Below are positions 1-10,005 of a stretch of 64,000 bases of DNA, piece after piece. The stretch covers positions 223,563-287,562 of the forward strand of contig PHDD01000002.1 of assembly GCA_002840905.1 (NCBI GenBank), given 5' to 3'. The stretch is from Bacteroidetes bacterium HGW-Bacteroidetes-4 (lineage in GTDB: Bacteria; Bacteroidota; Bacteroidia; Bacteroidales; SZUA-534). The position numbers and the translations under genes were made by a program. Below the pieces are notes generated by a model that saw nothing but the letters and a program-made list of their open reading frames with translations, was not told where the DNA came from and made no database searches. Every line of letters begins with the position of its first letter. Position 1 is the first letter of the stretch.

Positions 1-482
1 CGGCAGCATTTCAGGAAGCCGGAAACTGGGTAGGACTTTTATTTGGGGCTTATAGCCTTTTTGCCGCTATTTTTTCCATTTTTATGCCGCGTATTGCCAA
101 TAAATTTGGCAGAAAAACAACTTATTCACTGGCGCTTATTGCCGGAGGAGTTGGATACATTGCCATGTTTTTTATTACCAATCAATACCTGCTCTTTATT
201 CCGATGATTGGTGTTGGAATTGCCTGGGCCGGAATATTAGCCATGCCTTACGCTATTTTATCCGACTCGGTACCTTCAGATAAAATGGGTGTTTACATGG
301 GTATTTTCAACTTTACCATTGCCGGACCTCAGATAGTTAGCGGTTTTATTGCCGGAGTCATTCTAAAACATTTTTTCAACGAACAAGCCATATTTATCCT
401 GGTGCTTTGTGGTGTTTTAATGATTCTTGGAGCTGTTTCGGTAGGTTTTGTTAAACCAAGTCTGCAAGTTGAAAACAAATAA
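1..482 (+). CDS. MFS/GPH-type sugar (maltose/sucrose-like) transporter, C-terminal part; 5' end lies outside the window
   Basis: The frame of ORF 84..482 stays open back to position 3 (AAFQEAGNWVGLLFGAYSLFAAIFSIF-MPRIANKFGRK...). It is made of hydrophobic TM helices and sits first in a maltose catabolic cluster. Confidence 0.75.
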   Translation, partial: AAFQEAGNWVGLLFGAYSLFAAIFSIFMPRIANKFGRKTTYSLALIAGGVGYIAMFFITNQYLLFIPMIGVGIAWAGILAMPYAILSDSVPSDKMGVYMGIFNFTIAGPQIVSGFIAGVILKHFFNEQAIFILVLCGVLMILGAVSVGFVKPSLQVENK

Positions 483-535
483 GCATTCAACTGAAACAAA
501 AAACTTACAAATAAATTAAAAAAACAGATTTTTAG

Positions 536-1183
536 ATGGGAACGATTCGTGCTTGTATTTTTGATTTAGACGGAGTAGTGGTTGACACTGCAAAATATCA
601 TTACCTGGCTTGGAAACGCTTAGCTCAGGAAATGGGCTTCGATTTCACGCCCGAAGACAACGAAAAACTTAAAGGCGTCAGCCGAATGGATTCGTTAAGC
701 ATTCTTTTAAACATTGGTGGAATTAAAATCAGCGAAGAAGAAAAGCATCAACTTGCCGAAAAAAAGAACAATTGGTACAAAGAATACATTGATACCATGA
801 CACCCGAGGAAGTTTTACCCGGAGTAGTCAACTTTTTTGAAGAACTAAAATTAAATCATATTAAAATGGCTTTGGGTTCTGCCAGCAAGAACGCACAGTC
901 AATTCTTGAAAAAACAAACCTGAGTCATTGGTTCGATGCCATTATCGACGGAACAAAAACACAGGAGGCCAAACCCAATCCGGAGGTTTTCCTTTTAGGA
1001 GCCAGGGAATTGGGAATAGAACCAAAACACTGTGCCGTTTTTGAAGATGCCGAAGCAGGTATACAAGCTGCATTAAATGCAAACATGTATTGCATAGGAG
1101 TTGGTTCACCTCAGGTGCTTAGTAAAGCACACCAGGTTATACCCGGCCTATTTGATATGAACATGGCAAAACTAAATGTTTAA
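536..1183 (+). CDS. pgmB: beta-phosphoglucomutase (HAD superfamily)
   Basis: HAD motif I FDLDGVVVDT, GSASKNA, KP.PEVFL and VFEDAEAGIQAA are present. It lies immediately upstream of a GH65 phosphorylase. Confidence 0.9.
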   Translation: MGTIRACIFDLDGVVVDTAKYHYLAWKRLAQEMGFDFTPEDNEKLKGVSRMDSLSILLNIGGIKISEEEKHQLAEKKNNWYKEYIDTMTPEEVLPGVVNFFEELKLNHIKMALGSASKNAQSILEKTNLSHWFDAIIDGTKTQEAKPNPEVFLLGARELGIEPKHCAVFEDAEAGIQAALNANMYCIGVGSPQVLSKAHQVIPGLFDMNMAKLNV

Positions 1184-1191
1184 CAGGCTTT

Positions 1192-1263
1192 GGGGAGCAA
1201 CTACTCACGAAATATTTATTTCATGGGTTTTATTGGGGGATAAGTGTTGCTCCCCACTTTTTA
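1192..1263 (+). terminator. Possible long-loop hairpin plus T-run after pgmB
   Basis: GGGGAGCAAC (1192-1201) pairs perfectly with GTTGCTCCCC (1246-1255) and is followed by ACTTTTT. The 44-nt loop is atypical for an intrinsic terminator. Confidence 0.3.
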
Positions 1264-1331
1264 TAAAATTTTTACATGGGTAATGGTGGCCAATTTTTTA
1301 AAAAAGACCTTACCATAAAATAAATACCTAC

Positions 1332-3641
1332 ATGAATAAATATTTGAAACTAGACGAATGGAACATCATAGAAGAGGGGTTTAATCAGGAAAACGTCCCC
1401 TCTTCAGAAAGTATTTTTAGCATTGGCAATGGCCGAATGGGTCAACGCGCCAATTTTGAAGAAAACTATTCAGGAAAAACACTTCAGGGAAATTACATTG
1501 CCGGAGTTTATTTTCCCGACAAAACTAAAGTGGGCTGGTGGAAAAACGGCTATCCGGAATACTTTGCCAAGGTGCTTAATGCAGCAAACTGGATTGGTAT
1601 TCAGGTCAACATGAATGATGAGGCTCTTGATTTGGCAAAAAACAAAGTGACCAATTTTAAAAGAGTGCTCAATATGCGCGAAGGGCATTTATCGCGCTAT
1701 TTTACAGCTACTTTAAATAATGGTTGTGAGTTAACGGTAGATACCTGTAGGTTTCTAAGTATTGTTGATGATAATTTAGGAGCAATTCGCTACAAAATTA
1801 AAGTAAACAATTTAGGTGGAAAAATTACACTCACTCCATATGTTGATGCCGATGTGGTGAACGAAGATTCAAACTACGATGAAAAATTCTGGGAACCCAT
1901 TACAGAAAAAGCTGAAGGAACGCTTGCTTTGGTAACTGCCAAAACAAAAAAAACCGGTTTTGTGGTCACCACTGCCATGCATTACGAAGTATGGGTAAAT
2001 GGAAAAAAAACAGAACCAACGGCTAAACCTGCTACTCGTGAAAAATATGCAGCTTGTAGCTTAACTCTGAATGTAAATCCGGGTGATGAGATTATCTTGT
2101 ATAAATTTGCAACCAACATTTCATCATTTAACCATCCGATAGAAAAACTTGAAAGTGTGGCTTTGGCTGAGTTGGACAAAGCTCAAAAAAAACACTTTGA
2201 GCAAATGCTGACCGAACAAAAAGCGGCCTGGGAAACCAAATGGGAAGAAAGCGACATAAGCATCGAAGGTGATGTGGCTGCCCAACAAGCCATCCGTTTC
2301 AATATTTTTCAATTAAACCAAACCTATACCGGTGAGGACGAACGACTAAATATTGGTCCTAAAGGCTTTACCGGCGAAAAATACGGAGGTAGCACCTACT
2401 GGGATACCGAAGCCTACTGCCTTCCATTTTATCTGGCCACTGCCGATAAGCACGTAGCACGTAATCTATTGCTTTATCGCTATAAACAACTCGATAAAGC
2501 CATTGAAAATGCCACAAAACTGGGATTCAATCATGGTGCTGCCTTATTTCCCATGGTAACAATGAATGGTGAGGAATGTCACAACGAATGGGAAATTACT
2601 TTTGAAGAAATTCACCGAAACGGAGCCATCGCGCATGCCGTTTACAATTACATTCGTTACACCAACGACCTGAATTACCTTGCCGATTATGGACTGGAAC
2701 TGCTGATAGCTATTTCCCGTTTCTGGGCACAGCGCATCACCTATTCTGAAACACTCAAAAAATATGTGATGTTAGGCGTTACAGGACCCAACGAATACGA
2801 AAACAACGTGGACAACAACTGGTACACCAATACCATTGCTACCTGGTGCCTGAATTACACCCGCGAAGTAGTTGATTACGTTCAAAAAAACCATACTGAA
2901 AAGTTTCTTTCGCTGAGTCAGAAAATAAGTTTTAATGCCGAAGTTGAAACACTAAAATGGAAAACCATTGCAGAAAACATGCACTTTCCTGAAAGCAAAG
3001 AACTTGGCATTTTCTTACAGCAGGATAATTACCTGAATAAAGAACAAATCCTGGTGAAAGATCTCGATCCTTCACAAAGGCCTATCAACCAAAACTGGTC
3101 GTGGGACCGCATACTTCGTTCCTGCTTTATAAAACAAGCCGATACCCTGCAGGGTATTTATCTTTTTGAAGAAGAATACGATGTGGATACCATTGAGCGC
3201 AACTTCAATTTTTATGAGGCTCGCACCGTTCACGAATCGTCACTTTCGCCTTGCGTACATACGGTACTTGCAGCCAGGCTGAATAAAATGGAGCTTGCCT
3301 ACGAATTGTATTTACGAACATCGCGCCTCGACCTCGACGACTATAATTGTGAAGTTGGCGAAGGACTCCACATTACCTCAATGGCGGGAACATGGATGTC
3401 GGTGGTACAGGGTTTTGGCGGACTAAGGGTATATAACCATAAAATCTATCTGAACCCTCGCATCCCTAAGGCCTGGGATAGTTATTCATTTAAAATCCGA
3501 TTCCGGGGCAGTGTGCTTAAGATTAATGCACTTAAAAACAAAGTCGAAGTACACAACTATAGCAATAACGAGCTTAAACTGGTAATTTTTGAAAAAGAAT
3601 ATACTTTAAACGGAAACAACAAATTAACGGTTGAAATTTAA
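1332..3641 (+). CDS. GH65 maltose/kojibiose-type disaccharide phosphorylase
   Basis: The 769-aa length is typical of GH65. It carries the GVTGPNEYENNVDNNWYTN catalytic-Glu region and is adjacent to pgmB. Confidence 0.9.
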   Translation: MNKYLKLDEWNIIEEGFNQENVPSSESIFSIGNGRMGQRANFEENYSGKTLQGNYIAGVYFPDKTKVGWWKNGYPEYFAKVLNAANWIGIQVNMNDEALDLAKNKVTNFKRVLNMREGHLSRYFTATLNNGCELTVDTCRFLSIVDDNLGAIRYKIKVNNLGGKITLTPYVDADVVNEDSNYDEKFWEPITEKAEGTLALVTAKTKKTGFVVTTAMHYEVWVNGKKTEPTAKPATREKYAACSLTLNVNPGDEIILYKFATNISSFNHPIEKLESVALAELDKAQKKHFEQMLTEQKAAWETKWEESDISIEGDVAAQQAIRFNIFQLNQTYTGEDERLNIGPKGFTGEKYGGSTYWDTEAYCLPFYLATADKHVARNLLLYRYKQLDKAIENATKLGFNHGAALFPMVTMNGEECHNEWEITFEEIHRNGAIAHAVYNYIRYTNDLNYLADYGLELLIAISRFWAQRITYSETLKKYVMLGVTGPNEYENNVDNNWYTNTIATWCLNYTREVVDYVQKNHTEKFLSLSQKISFNAEVETLKWKTIAENMHFPESKELGIFLQQDNYLNKEQILVKDLDPSQRPINQNWSWDRILRSCFIKQADTLQGIYLFEEEYDVDTIERNFNFYEARTVHESSLSPCVHTVLAARLNKMELAYELYLRTSRLDLDDYNCEVGEGLHITSMAGTWMSVVQGFGGLRVYNHKIYLNPRIPKAWDSYSFKIRFRGSVLKINALKNKVEVHNYSNNELKLVIFEKEYTLNGNNKLTVEI

Positions 3642-3659
3642 AACTTAAAACATACCCTT

Positions 3660-5030
3660 ATGCGCACATTTTCAAATGCAATGCTTGTAGTTTTTCTGCT
3701 TGCTCTGTTTAGTTGCAATGCACCAACATCGAAAAACGAGCAGACTAAAACAAACCAACGGGTTTATACCCATGTTGATTGGGCAAAAAATGCCAATATT
3801 TACGAAGTTAACATCAGGCAATATACTCCTGAAGGAACTTTTAATGCTTTTGCCGAACATTTGCCCCGTTTACAGCAAATGGGTGTCGATATTTTATGGC
3901 TGATGCCCATTCATCCCATCAGCGAAAAAAATCGCAAAGGAAGTAAAGGCAGTTATTACGCCGTTCAGGATTATCAAAAGGTGAATCCCGAATTTGGAAC
4001 TTTCGAAGATTTTAAATCACTGGTTGACCAGGCTCACGAATTGGGAATGAAAGTAATTATTGACTGGGTTGCCAACCACACCGGCTGGGATAACTGGCTG
4101 ATTGAAGCCCATAACGATTGGTACACCAAAGATTCGTTGGGTAATATAGTTACTCCGGTCGACGATTGGAGCGATGTGGCAGACCTGAACTATGAAGTTC
4201 CCGAATTGCGCGAATACATGACTCAAAGTCTTGAATACTGGGTAAGAGAAGCAAACATTGACGGATACCGCTGCGATGTGGCAGGAATGGTTCCTCTCGA
4301 TTTCTGGATCTCGGCCCGTACCCGCTTGGATGCCATAAAACCAGTGTTTATGCTGGCCGAATGGGAATCAAAAGAAATTTTGGCTGCTTTTGATATGATT
4401 TACGGATGGGAATTTCATCACATCATGAATCAGTTAGCCCAGGGCAAAAAAAACACCAGCGATTTAATTACTTACTTTAATAAAATTGACACCCTGTTTG
4501 ATGCTGATGATTACCTGATGAATTTCATCACCAACCACGATGAAAACTCATGGAACGGTACCGAATTCGAACGCATGGGCGATGCTGTCAAAGCCATGGC
4601 GGTATTGGCTTACACCGTGCCCGGAATGCCGCTATTATACACCGGACAAGAAGCAAAACTTAACAAGCGTCTGCTTTTTTTCGAAAAAGACTCTGTTGAA
4701 TGGAGAACTTATGAATATGCCAATTTTTACAAAAAATTATTGCTACTGAAAAAGAATAACAAAGCGCTTTGGAACGGCACCCAGGGTGGACCATTAACAT
4801 TTATTGAAAACAGTGGCACCAATGTACTGGCTTTTTCGCGTGAAAAAGAAAATAATAAAGTGGTGGTTATACTAAACCTAAGCAATACGAATCAGGAAAT
4901 TTCTTTCATAAATAATGCGGTTGTTGGTAACTACAACTCACTCTTTACACAAACCGATGTTACCATTACCGATGTTAGCAGCTTTAATTTAGAACCCTGG
5001 AACTACAAAGTCTTGGTAAAAAACAATTAA
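3660..5030 (+). CDS. GH13 alpha-amylase family lipoprotein
   Basis: Lipoprotein signal ...LALFSC. GH13 regions I-IV are present: DWVANHTG, GYRCDVAGM, MLAEWE, FITNHDEN. Confidence 0.9.
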   Translation: MRTFSNAMLVVFLLALFSCNAPTSKNEQTKTNQRVYTHVDWAKNANIYEVNIRQYTPEGTFNAFAEHLPRLQQMGVDILWLMPIHPISEKNRKGSKGSYYAVQDYQKVNPEFGTFEDFKSLVDQAHELGMKVIIDWVANHTGWDNWLIEAHNDWYTKDSLGNIVTPVDDWSDVADLNYEVPELREYMTQSLEYWVREANIDGYRCDVAGMVPLDFWISARTRLDAIKPVFMLAEWESKEILAAFDMIYGWEFHHIMNQLAQGKKNTSDLITYFNKIDTLFDADDYLMNFITNHDENSWNGTEFERMGDAVKAMAVLAYTVPGMPLLYTGQEAKLNKRLLFFEKDSVEWRTYEYANFYKKLLLLKKNNKALWNGTQGGPLTFIENSGTNVLAFSREKENNKVVVILNLSNTNQEISFINNAVVGNYNSLFTQTDVTITDVSSFNLEPWNYKVLVKNN

Positions 5031-5086
5031 TTCGGCTTTAGTTTAAGATAATATGTGTTAGTTAATCGGTAAATGTGTATTTTAAA

Positions 5087-5117
5087 AGCCTGATTCCATT
5101 ACGAATCGGGCTTTTTA
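5087..5117 (+). terminator. Rho-independent terminator after the GH13 lipoprotein gene
   Basis: AGCCTGATTC ... GAATCGGGCT stem (one G-U pair) followed by TTTTT. Confidence 0.6.
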
Positions 5118-5346
5118 AAACATATACACAACAAAAGTTCCTTTTGATCATCACTTGCAGGTAATTGGAATAAATTAATTTTGTTTAAAAACTATTTTCT
5201 GAGAATAGTATATTCAAAATAGTATAAATTGAACTTTTGGTTATCAAATCATCAATCAACTGGTTAAAAGCAAATACGAAAAGTCATAAACATAAAAATT
5301 TTTAAAAATGCCACACACAGCCATCAAACAACAAAAAATCAGAAAA

Positions 5347-6063
5347 ATGAAATCAATTTTTCGAATAGCGATAATGGCAATTTTCGTTTCGCTTGTTTTA
5401 CCTCTAAACGCCCAGGATGTAAATTCGGAGCAAATAAAAAAAAATGAATCTACCCTTGAGTTACAGTACCTGCTGCAACTACCCGCCAATTACGCTGCCG
5501 ACACTCCAGGAGGCTATCCGCTTATCCTGTTCCTGCACGGATCCGGTGAACGGGGTGACAGTCTTCCGCTGGTAAAAGCATGGGGACCACCCAGAATTGC
5601 ATCTGAAAAAGGCTTACCTTTCATCGTTATTTCGCCCCAATGTCCGGCCAACGAATGGTGGACATCGCTTTTATATCCTTTAAGCCAATTGCTTGATCAA
5701 GCCATTGAAACTTATAACATCGACACCAATCGAATATATCTTACCGGTTTAAGTATGGGCGGTTTCGGAACATTTGCCCTGGCGCAAATGTATCCCCACT
5801 ATTTTGCAGCCATTGCCCCCATTTGTGGAGGTGGAACTCCCGGATTAGCCGATTTTTCAATGAAACTTCCTACCTGGATTTTTCATGGTGAGGTAGACGA
5901 AGTGGTTCCTGTTGAAAATTCTGAACTCATGTTTAAGGCACTTCAGGAAGCAGGAGCCGATGTTAAACTTACGGTTTTCCCCGGCGTTAATCACGATTCG
6001 TGGATTCCTGCCTACAACAACTCGGGTCTGTTTGAGTGGTTTCTTGAACACCGGAAACAATAA
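5347..6063 (+). CDS. secreted alpha/beta-hydrolase (carboxylesterase/phospholipase family)
   Basis: Signal peptide from MKSIFRIAIMAIFVSLVLPLNA, LFLHGSGERG, nucleophile elbow GLSMGGFG, HGEVDEVVP and VNHDSW. I prefer the internal ATG at 5347 over 5308 because it starts the signal peptide. Confidence 0.75.
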   Translation: MKSIFRIAIMAIFVSLVLPLNAQDVNSEQIKKNESTLELQYLLQLPANYAADTPGGYPLILFLHGSGERGDSLPLVKAWGPPRIASEKGLPFIVISPQCPANEWWTSLLYPLSQLLDQAIETYNIDTNRIYLTGLSMGGFGTFALAQMYPHYFAAIAPICGGGTPGLADFSMKLPTWIFHGEVDEVVPVENSELMFKALQEAGADVKLTVFPGVNHDSWIPAYNNSGLFEWFLEHRKQ

Positions 6064-6099
6064 TTTTTAATACATTAGTAATAATTTAATTACCATACT

Positions 6100-7953
6100 A
6101 TGAAACAAAAACTTCTTATTTTTATATTTTCCTTGAGTCTGGCTTTATCGCTTACTGCCAAAACATCGATACAAAAAATTGAACCCATGAACTGGTGGGT
6201 TGGAATGAAAAATCCCAACCTGCAACTAATGATTTATGGTGAAAACATAGCATCTACTCAACCCGAGTTAAACTATCCGGGTGTTGAATTAAAAAAAGTA
6301 AATCGGGTTGATAACCCCAATTACCTGTTTCTCGATTTGGTTATCGATGCAGCTACCGAACCGGGTAATATTTCCATTCTTTTTAAAGAAGGTAAAAAGT
6401 CACGATTGAAATACACCTACGAACTGAAACCCCGAAACACGAAACAAAACATCCACCAGGGTTTTAATGCATCCGATGTAATTTATTTGCTGATGCCCGA
6501 CCGCTTTTCCAATGGAAATCCGGATAACGATTCAACAAAAGATACCCGTGAGAAAGACGACCGTAGCAATCCCAACGGCCGTCATGGCGGCGATTTGCAG
6601 GGAGTTATAAATCACATGGATTATATTGCGGATATGGGTTTTACAGCTCTTTGGCTCAATCCTTTCCTGGAAAACAATCAGGAAGCATACTCCTATCACG
6701 GCTACGCCATTTCTGACTTTTACAAAGTTGATTCCCGTCACGGAAGCAATGAACTGTTTGTTGATCTGGTTGACAAGGCTCACGAAAAAGGCGTTAAAGT
6801 AATTATGGATATGATTTTCAACCATTGGGGAATTGCTCACTGGATGATGAAGGATTTGCCCGAACAGGATTGGATTCATCAGCACGAAAGCTTTTTTCGC
6901 TCTAATTTCAGAGGTCCGGTAGTTTCCGATCCTTATGCATCGGAATACGACACAAAGCAAATGCTTACCGGATGGTTCGATGTAAATATGCCCGACCTAA
7001 ATCAGAAAAACCCTTTGCTGTCCACTTATTTAATACAAAACACCATTTGGTGGATAGAATATGCAGGACTTGACGGCATCAGAGTGGATACCCAGCCTTA
7101 TCCTTACAAGGAATTTATGGCCGATTGGGCTAAGGCTGTTATGGCCGAATACCCGACATTCAATATTGTTGGTGAAGCCTGGTTGCAAAAAATATTGATT
7201 ACATCGTACTTCCAGGGCGGTGCAAAAAACAAGGATGGTTACGATTCGCACATGCCTGCCGTTACCGATTTTCCCATGTTTAATGCCATTAATGCCGCAT
7301 TTAATCAAAACGAAGGCTGGAGTGAAGGGCTTGCCCAACTTTATTATGTACTGGCACAGGATTTTGCTTATGCCAATCCTTCGAACCTGTTAATCTTCCC
7401 CGACAATCACGATCTGAATCGTTATTACGAATCAATGAATAAAGATTTTAACAAGTACAAAATGGGATTGGCCTTTTTGCTGACTACCCGTGGAATTCCA
7501 CAAATTTATTACGGAACCGAGATTTTAATGGACGGACAGGAACATCAGGGACACGGGTTTATCCGTAAAGATTTTCCCGGTGGATGGGCTGGCGATACCA
7601 TAAACGCATTTACTGGCAATGGACTTAGCCCCATGCAGAAAGAAGCTCAGGCATTTGTGAAAAAACTGCTAAACTGGCGAAAAAACAATGACGTTATACA
7701 CAAAGGTAAACTGGTGCATTTTTTGCCTAACGAAGGTGTTTACGTTATGTTCCGACATACAGATGACCAGGCTGTAATGTTGGTATTAAACAACAATAAC
7801 GAACAAGCCAAAGAACTCGATGCCAATCGCTATCGCGAAATCTTAAGTAAATACAAAACAGGTAATGAAATAATTACGGGTACCGCCGTGAACGATTTAA
7901 ACAAAATAACTGTTCCGGCCAAGTCGGCCATGATTATTGAACTTTCAAAATAA
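6100..7953 (+). CDS. GH13 neopullulanase/cyclomaltodextrinase-like enzyme (SusA-like architecture)
   Basis: Signal peptide, then an N-terminal cyclomaltodextrinase-type domain. GH13 regions are present: MDMIFNHWG, GIRVDTQPY, IVGEAW, FPDNHDLNR. Confidence 0.85.
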   Translation: MKQKLLIFIFSLSLALSLTAKTSIQKIEPMNWWVGMKNPNLQLMIYGENIASTQPELNYPGVELKKVNRVDNPNYLFLDLVIDAATEPGNISILFKEGKKSRLKYTYELKPRNTKQNIHQGFNASDVIYLLMPDRFSNGNPDNDSTKDTREKDDRSNPNGRHGGDLQGVINHMDYIADMGFTALWLNPFLENNQEAYSYHGYAISDFYKVDSRHGSNELFVDLVDKAHEKGVKVIMDMIFNHWGIAHWMMKDLPEQDWIHQHESFFRSNFRGPVVSDPYASEYDTKQMLTGWFDVNMPDLNQKNPLLSTYLIQNTIWWIEYAGLDGIRVDTQPYPYKEFMADWAKAVMAEYPTFNIVGEAWLQKILITSYFQGGAKNKDGYDSHMPAVTDFPMFNAINAAFNQNEGWSEGLAQLYYVLAQDFAYANPSNLLIFPDNHDLNRYYESMNKDFNKYKMGLAFLLTTRGIPQIYYGTEILMDGQEHQGHGFIRKDFPGGWAGDTINAFTGNGLSPMQKEAQAFVKKLLNWRKNNDVIHKGKLVHFLPNEGVYVMFRHTDDQAVMLVLNNNNEQAKELDANRYREILSKYKTGNEIITGTAVNDLNKITVPAKSAMIIELSK

Positions 7954-7954
7954 A

Positions 7955-7986
7955 TAAAAAAAGCGGCTTTCGGGCCGCTTTTTTCA
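7955..7986. terminator. Bidirectional terminator between convergent genes
   Basis: A-run, AGCGGC-TTTCGG-GCCGCT hairpin, T-run. It sits between the GH13 stop (7953) and the ArsR stop (7984). Confidence 0.65.
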
Positions 7987-8289
7987 ACTAACGAAAAAAC
8001 TATTTAACAAAACTTGAATTTGAATACAGGCCGGTTTGTTGATGGAATAAATGGTTCGGGGCGGTAGTTGGGTACCAAAAATTAATTCTGCTTTTTGCAG
8101 CTCTTTTAAGTGCTGCGATACGGTTGACTGTGCCAGAGGCAACGAATTAACAATATCGTTACAGCTACAATCGCCATACTGAAGCAATTCCAAAATAGCA
8201 ATTCGTGCCGGATGCGATATGGCATGTGCCATCTTCGAAACCTGAAGCTGCTTGCGTGAATAACTACCAATGGCTGTGGTTAAACCCAT
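7984..8289 (-). CDS. ArsR/SmtB family transcriptional regulator
   Basis: HPARIAILELL...CSCNDIV...STVSQHLKELQKAELI winged-HTH signature with a CxC motif in the helix-3 position. Confidence 0.85.
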   Translation of the reverse strand: MGLTTAIGSYSRKQLQVSKMAHAISHPARIAILELLQYGDCSCNDIVNSLPLAQSTVSQHLKELQKAELIFGTQLPPRTIYSINKPACIQIQVLLNSFFVS

Positions 8290-8483
8290 AAACCCATCTA
8301 TAATTTAAAATTTAATGCAATATTACGATAAGCCCAGGGAATAAATTTTGGTAATTTGCATTTGGTAGGTATGCACATACAAACGGACTCAATGGATTCA
8401 AAATCGGTTAAAAAGGATAAATATTCTGTGAAGTAAGCAAGTAGCAGTCCGAACTATATTCCGGATGAAAAATCAATGACTGA

Positions 8484-9236
8484 TTATTTCTTTTGTTGCA
8501 CCATGGTAGTCATCAACTCCAGGAACTGATTCTTTTTGCGACGCGATAAAAAAGCCACCGAGCCGTCTTCCATAACAATCTCATTTCCCAGACGGGTAAT
8601 TTTACGTACGTGCAATAAGTTTATCAAATGCGACTGATGGGTGCGGTAAAACGGATGATCTTCAAGTAAACTTTCGAACTCCCCCAAATTTTTTGAAACA
8701 AGCAATTCCGATTGATCCGTCAATTTCAGTGTTGAATAGCTTCCTTCGGCATGAATCTGAACAATATCAGCAATGCGAACAAACTCAATACTCTCTGAGG
8801 TTGAAAGGGCAATTTTATCGGGTTTTGAACCTTTTACATTCTCAAGCAATAGGTTTATCTTATCCTCAACATTGTGATTTTTACTGCTTTTAATTTTACA
8901 AACGGCATTTACCAACTCATCAATATCAATCGGTTTTAAAATGTAGTCAACAGCTGAATATTTGAATGCTTTTATGGCATATTGGTTGTAGGCCGTTACA
9001 AAAATAACCTGAAAATTTCTTTCGGGAAGGCCTTCTAAAACCTCAAATCCGCTTCCACCAGGCATCTCAATATCTAAAAAAACAATGTTTGGGTCAGTAG
9101 TTTGGATAATTCGGCGGGCATCATCAACATTTTGAGCGGTTCCTACCACCTCAATAAAGTCAATGTTTTCAGCTAGAATGAGTTTAATGGATTCAATAGC
9201 ATCCAGTTCGTCATCAACAATAACTGCTTTATACAT
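8484..9236 (-). CDS. LytTR-family response regulator
   Basis: Receiver domain (VDDE..., FLDIEMPGGSGFE, KP) plus a C-terminal LytTR DNA-binding domain (FYRTHQSHLINL). Confidence 0.85.
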   Translation of the reverse strand: MYKAVIVDDELDAIESIKLILAENIDFIEVVGTAQNVDDARRIIQTTDPNIVFLDIEMPGGSGFEVLEGLPERNFQVIFVTAYNQYAIKAFKYSAVDYILKPIDIDELVNAVCKIKSSKNHNVEDKINLLLENVKGSKPDKIALSTSESIEFVRIADIVQIHAEGSYSTLKLTDQSELLVSKNLGEFESLLEDHPFYRTHQSHLINLLHVRKITRLGNEIVMEDGSVAFLSRRKKNQFLELMTTMVQQKK

Positions 9237-9305
9237 AAAAACCCTATTTATTAAACACCCAATCTTATGTTAGGAAATCAAATATACATTTTTTTTCCAG
9301 AAGAA

Positions 9306-9995
9306 TCAGTCTTTTGCCTCCTTGTTTTTCCCTCCTTCAACAACCAAAACAATTTCCCCTTTAATGGCTTTTGCTGAAAAATGCGCTATGGCCTCAGTAA
9401 ACGAGCCCCTAAAATTTTCTTCATGCAGTTTTGAAATCTCGCGACTCACACAAACCTGTCGTTCCTGCTCAAAAACCAGCTTTAGCTGCTCCAGTGTTTT
9501 TATCAAACGGTGCGGCGATTCATAAAATACCAGGGTACGTGGTTCGTTAATCAGGGCTTCAATGCGTTTCATCCGGCCTTTTTTTTGTGGAAGGAACCCC
9601 TCAAAAACAAAGCGATCGGTGGGTAATCCCGAATTTACCAGAGCCGGTATTAATGCGCTGGCCCCGGGCAAACACTCTACTTCAATCTGATTATCGACAC
9701 AGGCTTTTACCAGCAAATAACCCGGGTCGGAAATGCCCGGCGTTCCTGCATCACTGACCAATGCCACACTTTGGCTCGATTTTATCCGCTCAATGATAGC
9801 ACCCAGTTGTTTGTGCTCGTTGAATTTATGAAAGGGAAATAACTTATTTTGAATCTCAAAATGCTTCAGTAAAAAACCACTGGTTCGGGTGTCCTCAGCC
9901 AAAATAAAATCGACCTCTTTAAGCGTTTTTATTGCCCTGAAGGTCATATCATCAAGATTACCAATGGGAGTGGGAACTAAAAATAATTTTGCCAT
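9306..9995 (-). CDS. rsmI: 16S rRNA (cytidine1402-2'-O)-methyltransferase
   Basis: LFLVPTPIGNLDDMTFRAI..., AEDTR, SDAGTPGISDPG tetrapyrrole-methylase-fold signature. Confidence 0.9.
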   Translation of the reverse strand: MAKLFLVPTPIGNLDDMTFRAIKTLKEVDFILAEDTRTSGFLLKHFEIQNKLFPFHKFNEHKQLGAIIERIKSSQSVALVSDAGTPGISDPGYLLVKACVDNQIEVECLPGASALIPALVNSGLPTDRFVFEGFLPQKKGRMKRIEALINEPRTLVFYESPHRLIKTLEQLKLVFEQERQVCVSREISKLHEENFRGSFTEAIAHFSAKAIKGEIVLVVEGGKNKEAKD

Positions 9996-10005
9996 ATCAT
10001 TTCAT

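Noticed and set aside
1192-1255. The long-loop GC hairpin between pgmB and the GH65 gene as a riboswitch or attenuator.
   Set aside because: I recognise no riboswitch consensus. A simple terminator or processing hairpin is the more economical reading.
6532-6960. Long antisense ORFs inside well-supported genes: this one, plus 24338..24739, 29847..30314, 34579..34995, 52800..53234, 58063..58542, 61930..62346, 20226..20612 and many shorter ones.
   Set aside because: Each lies entirely within, and opposite to, a gene with clear family motifs. Their translations are low-complexity or Cys/Arg/Ser-rich with no recognisable motifs, which is typical of shadow ORFs.
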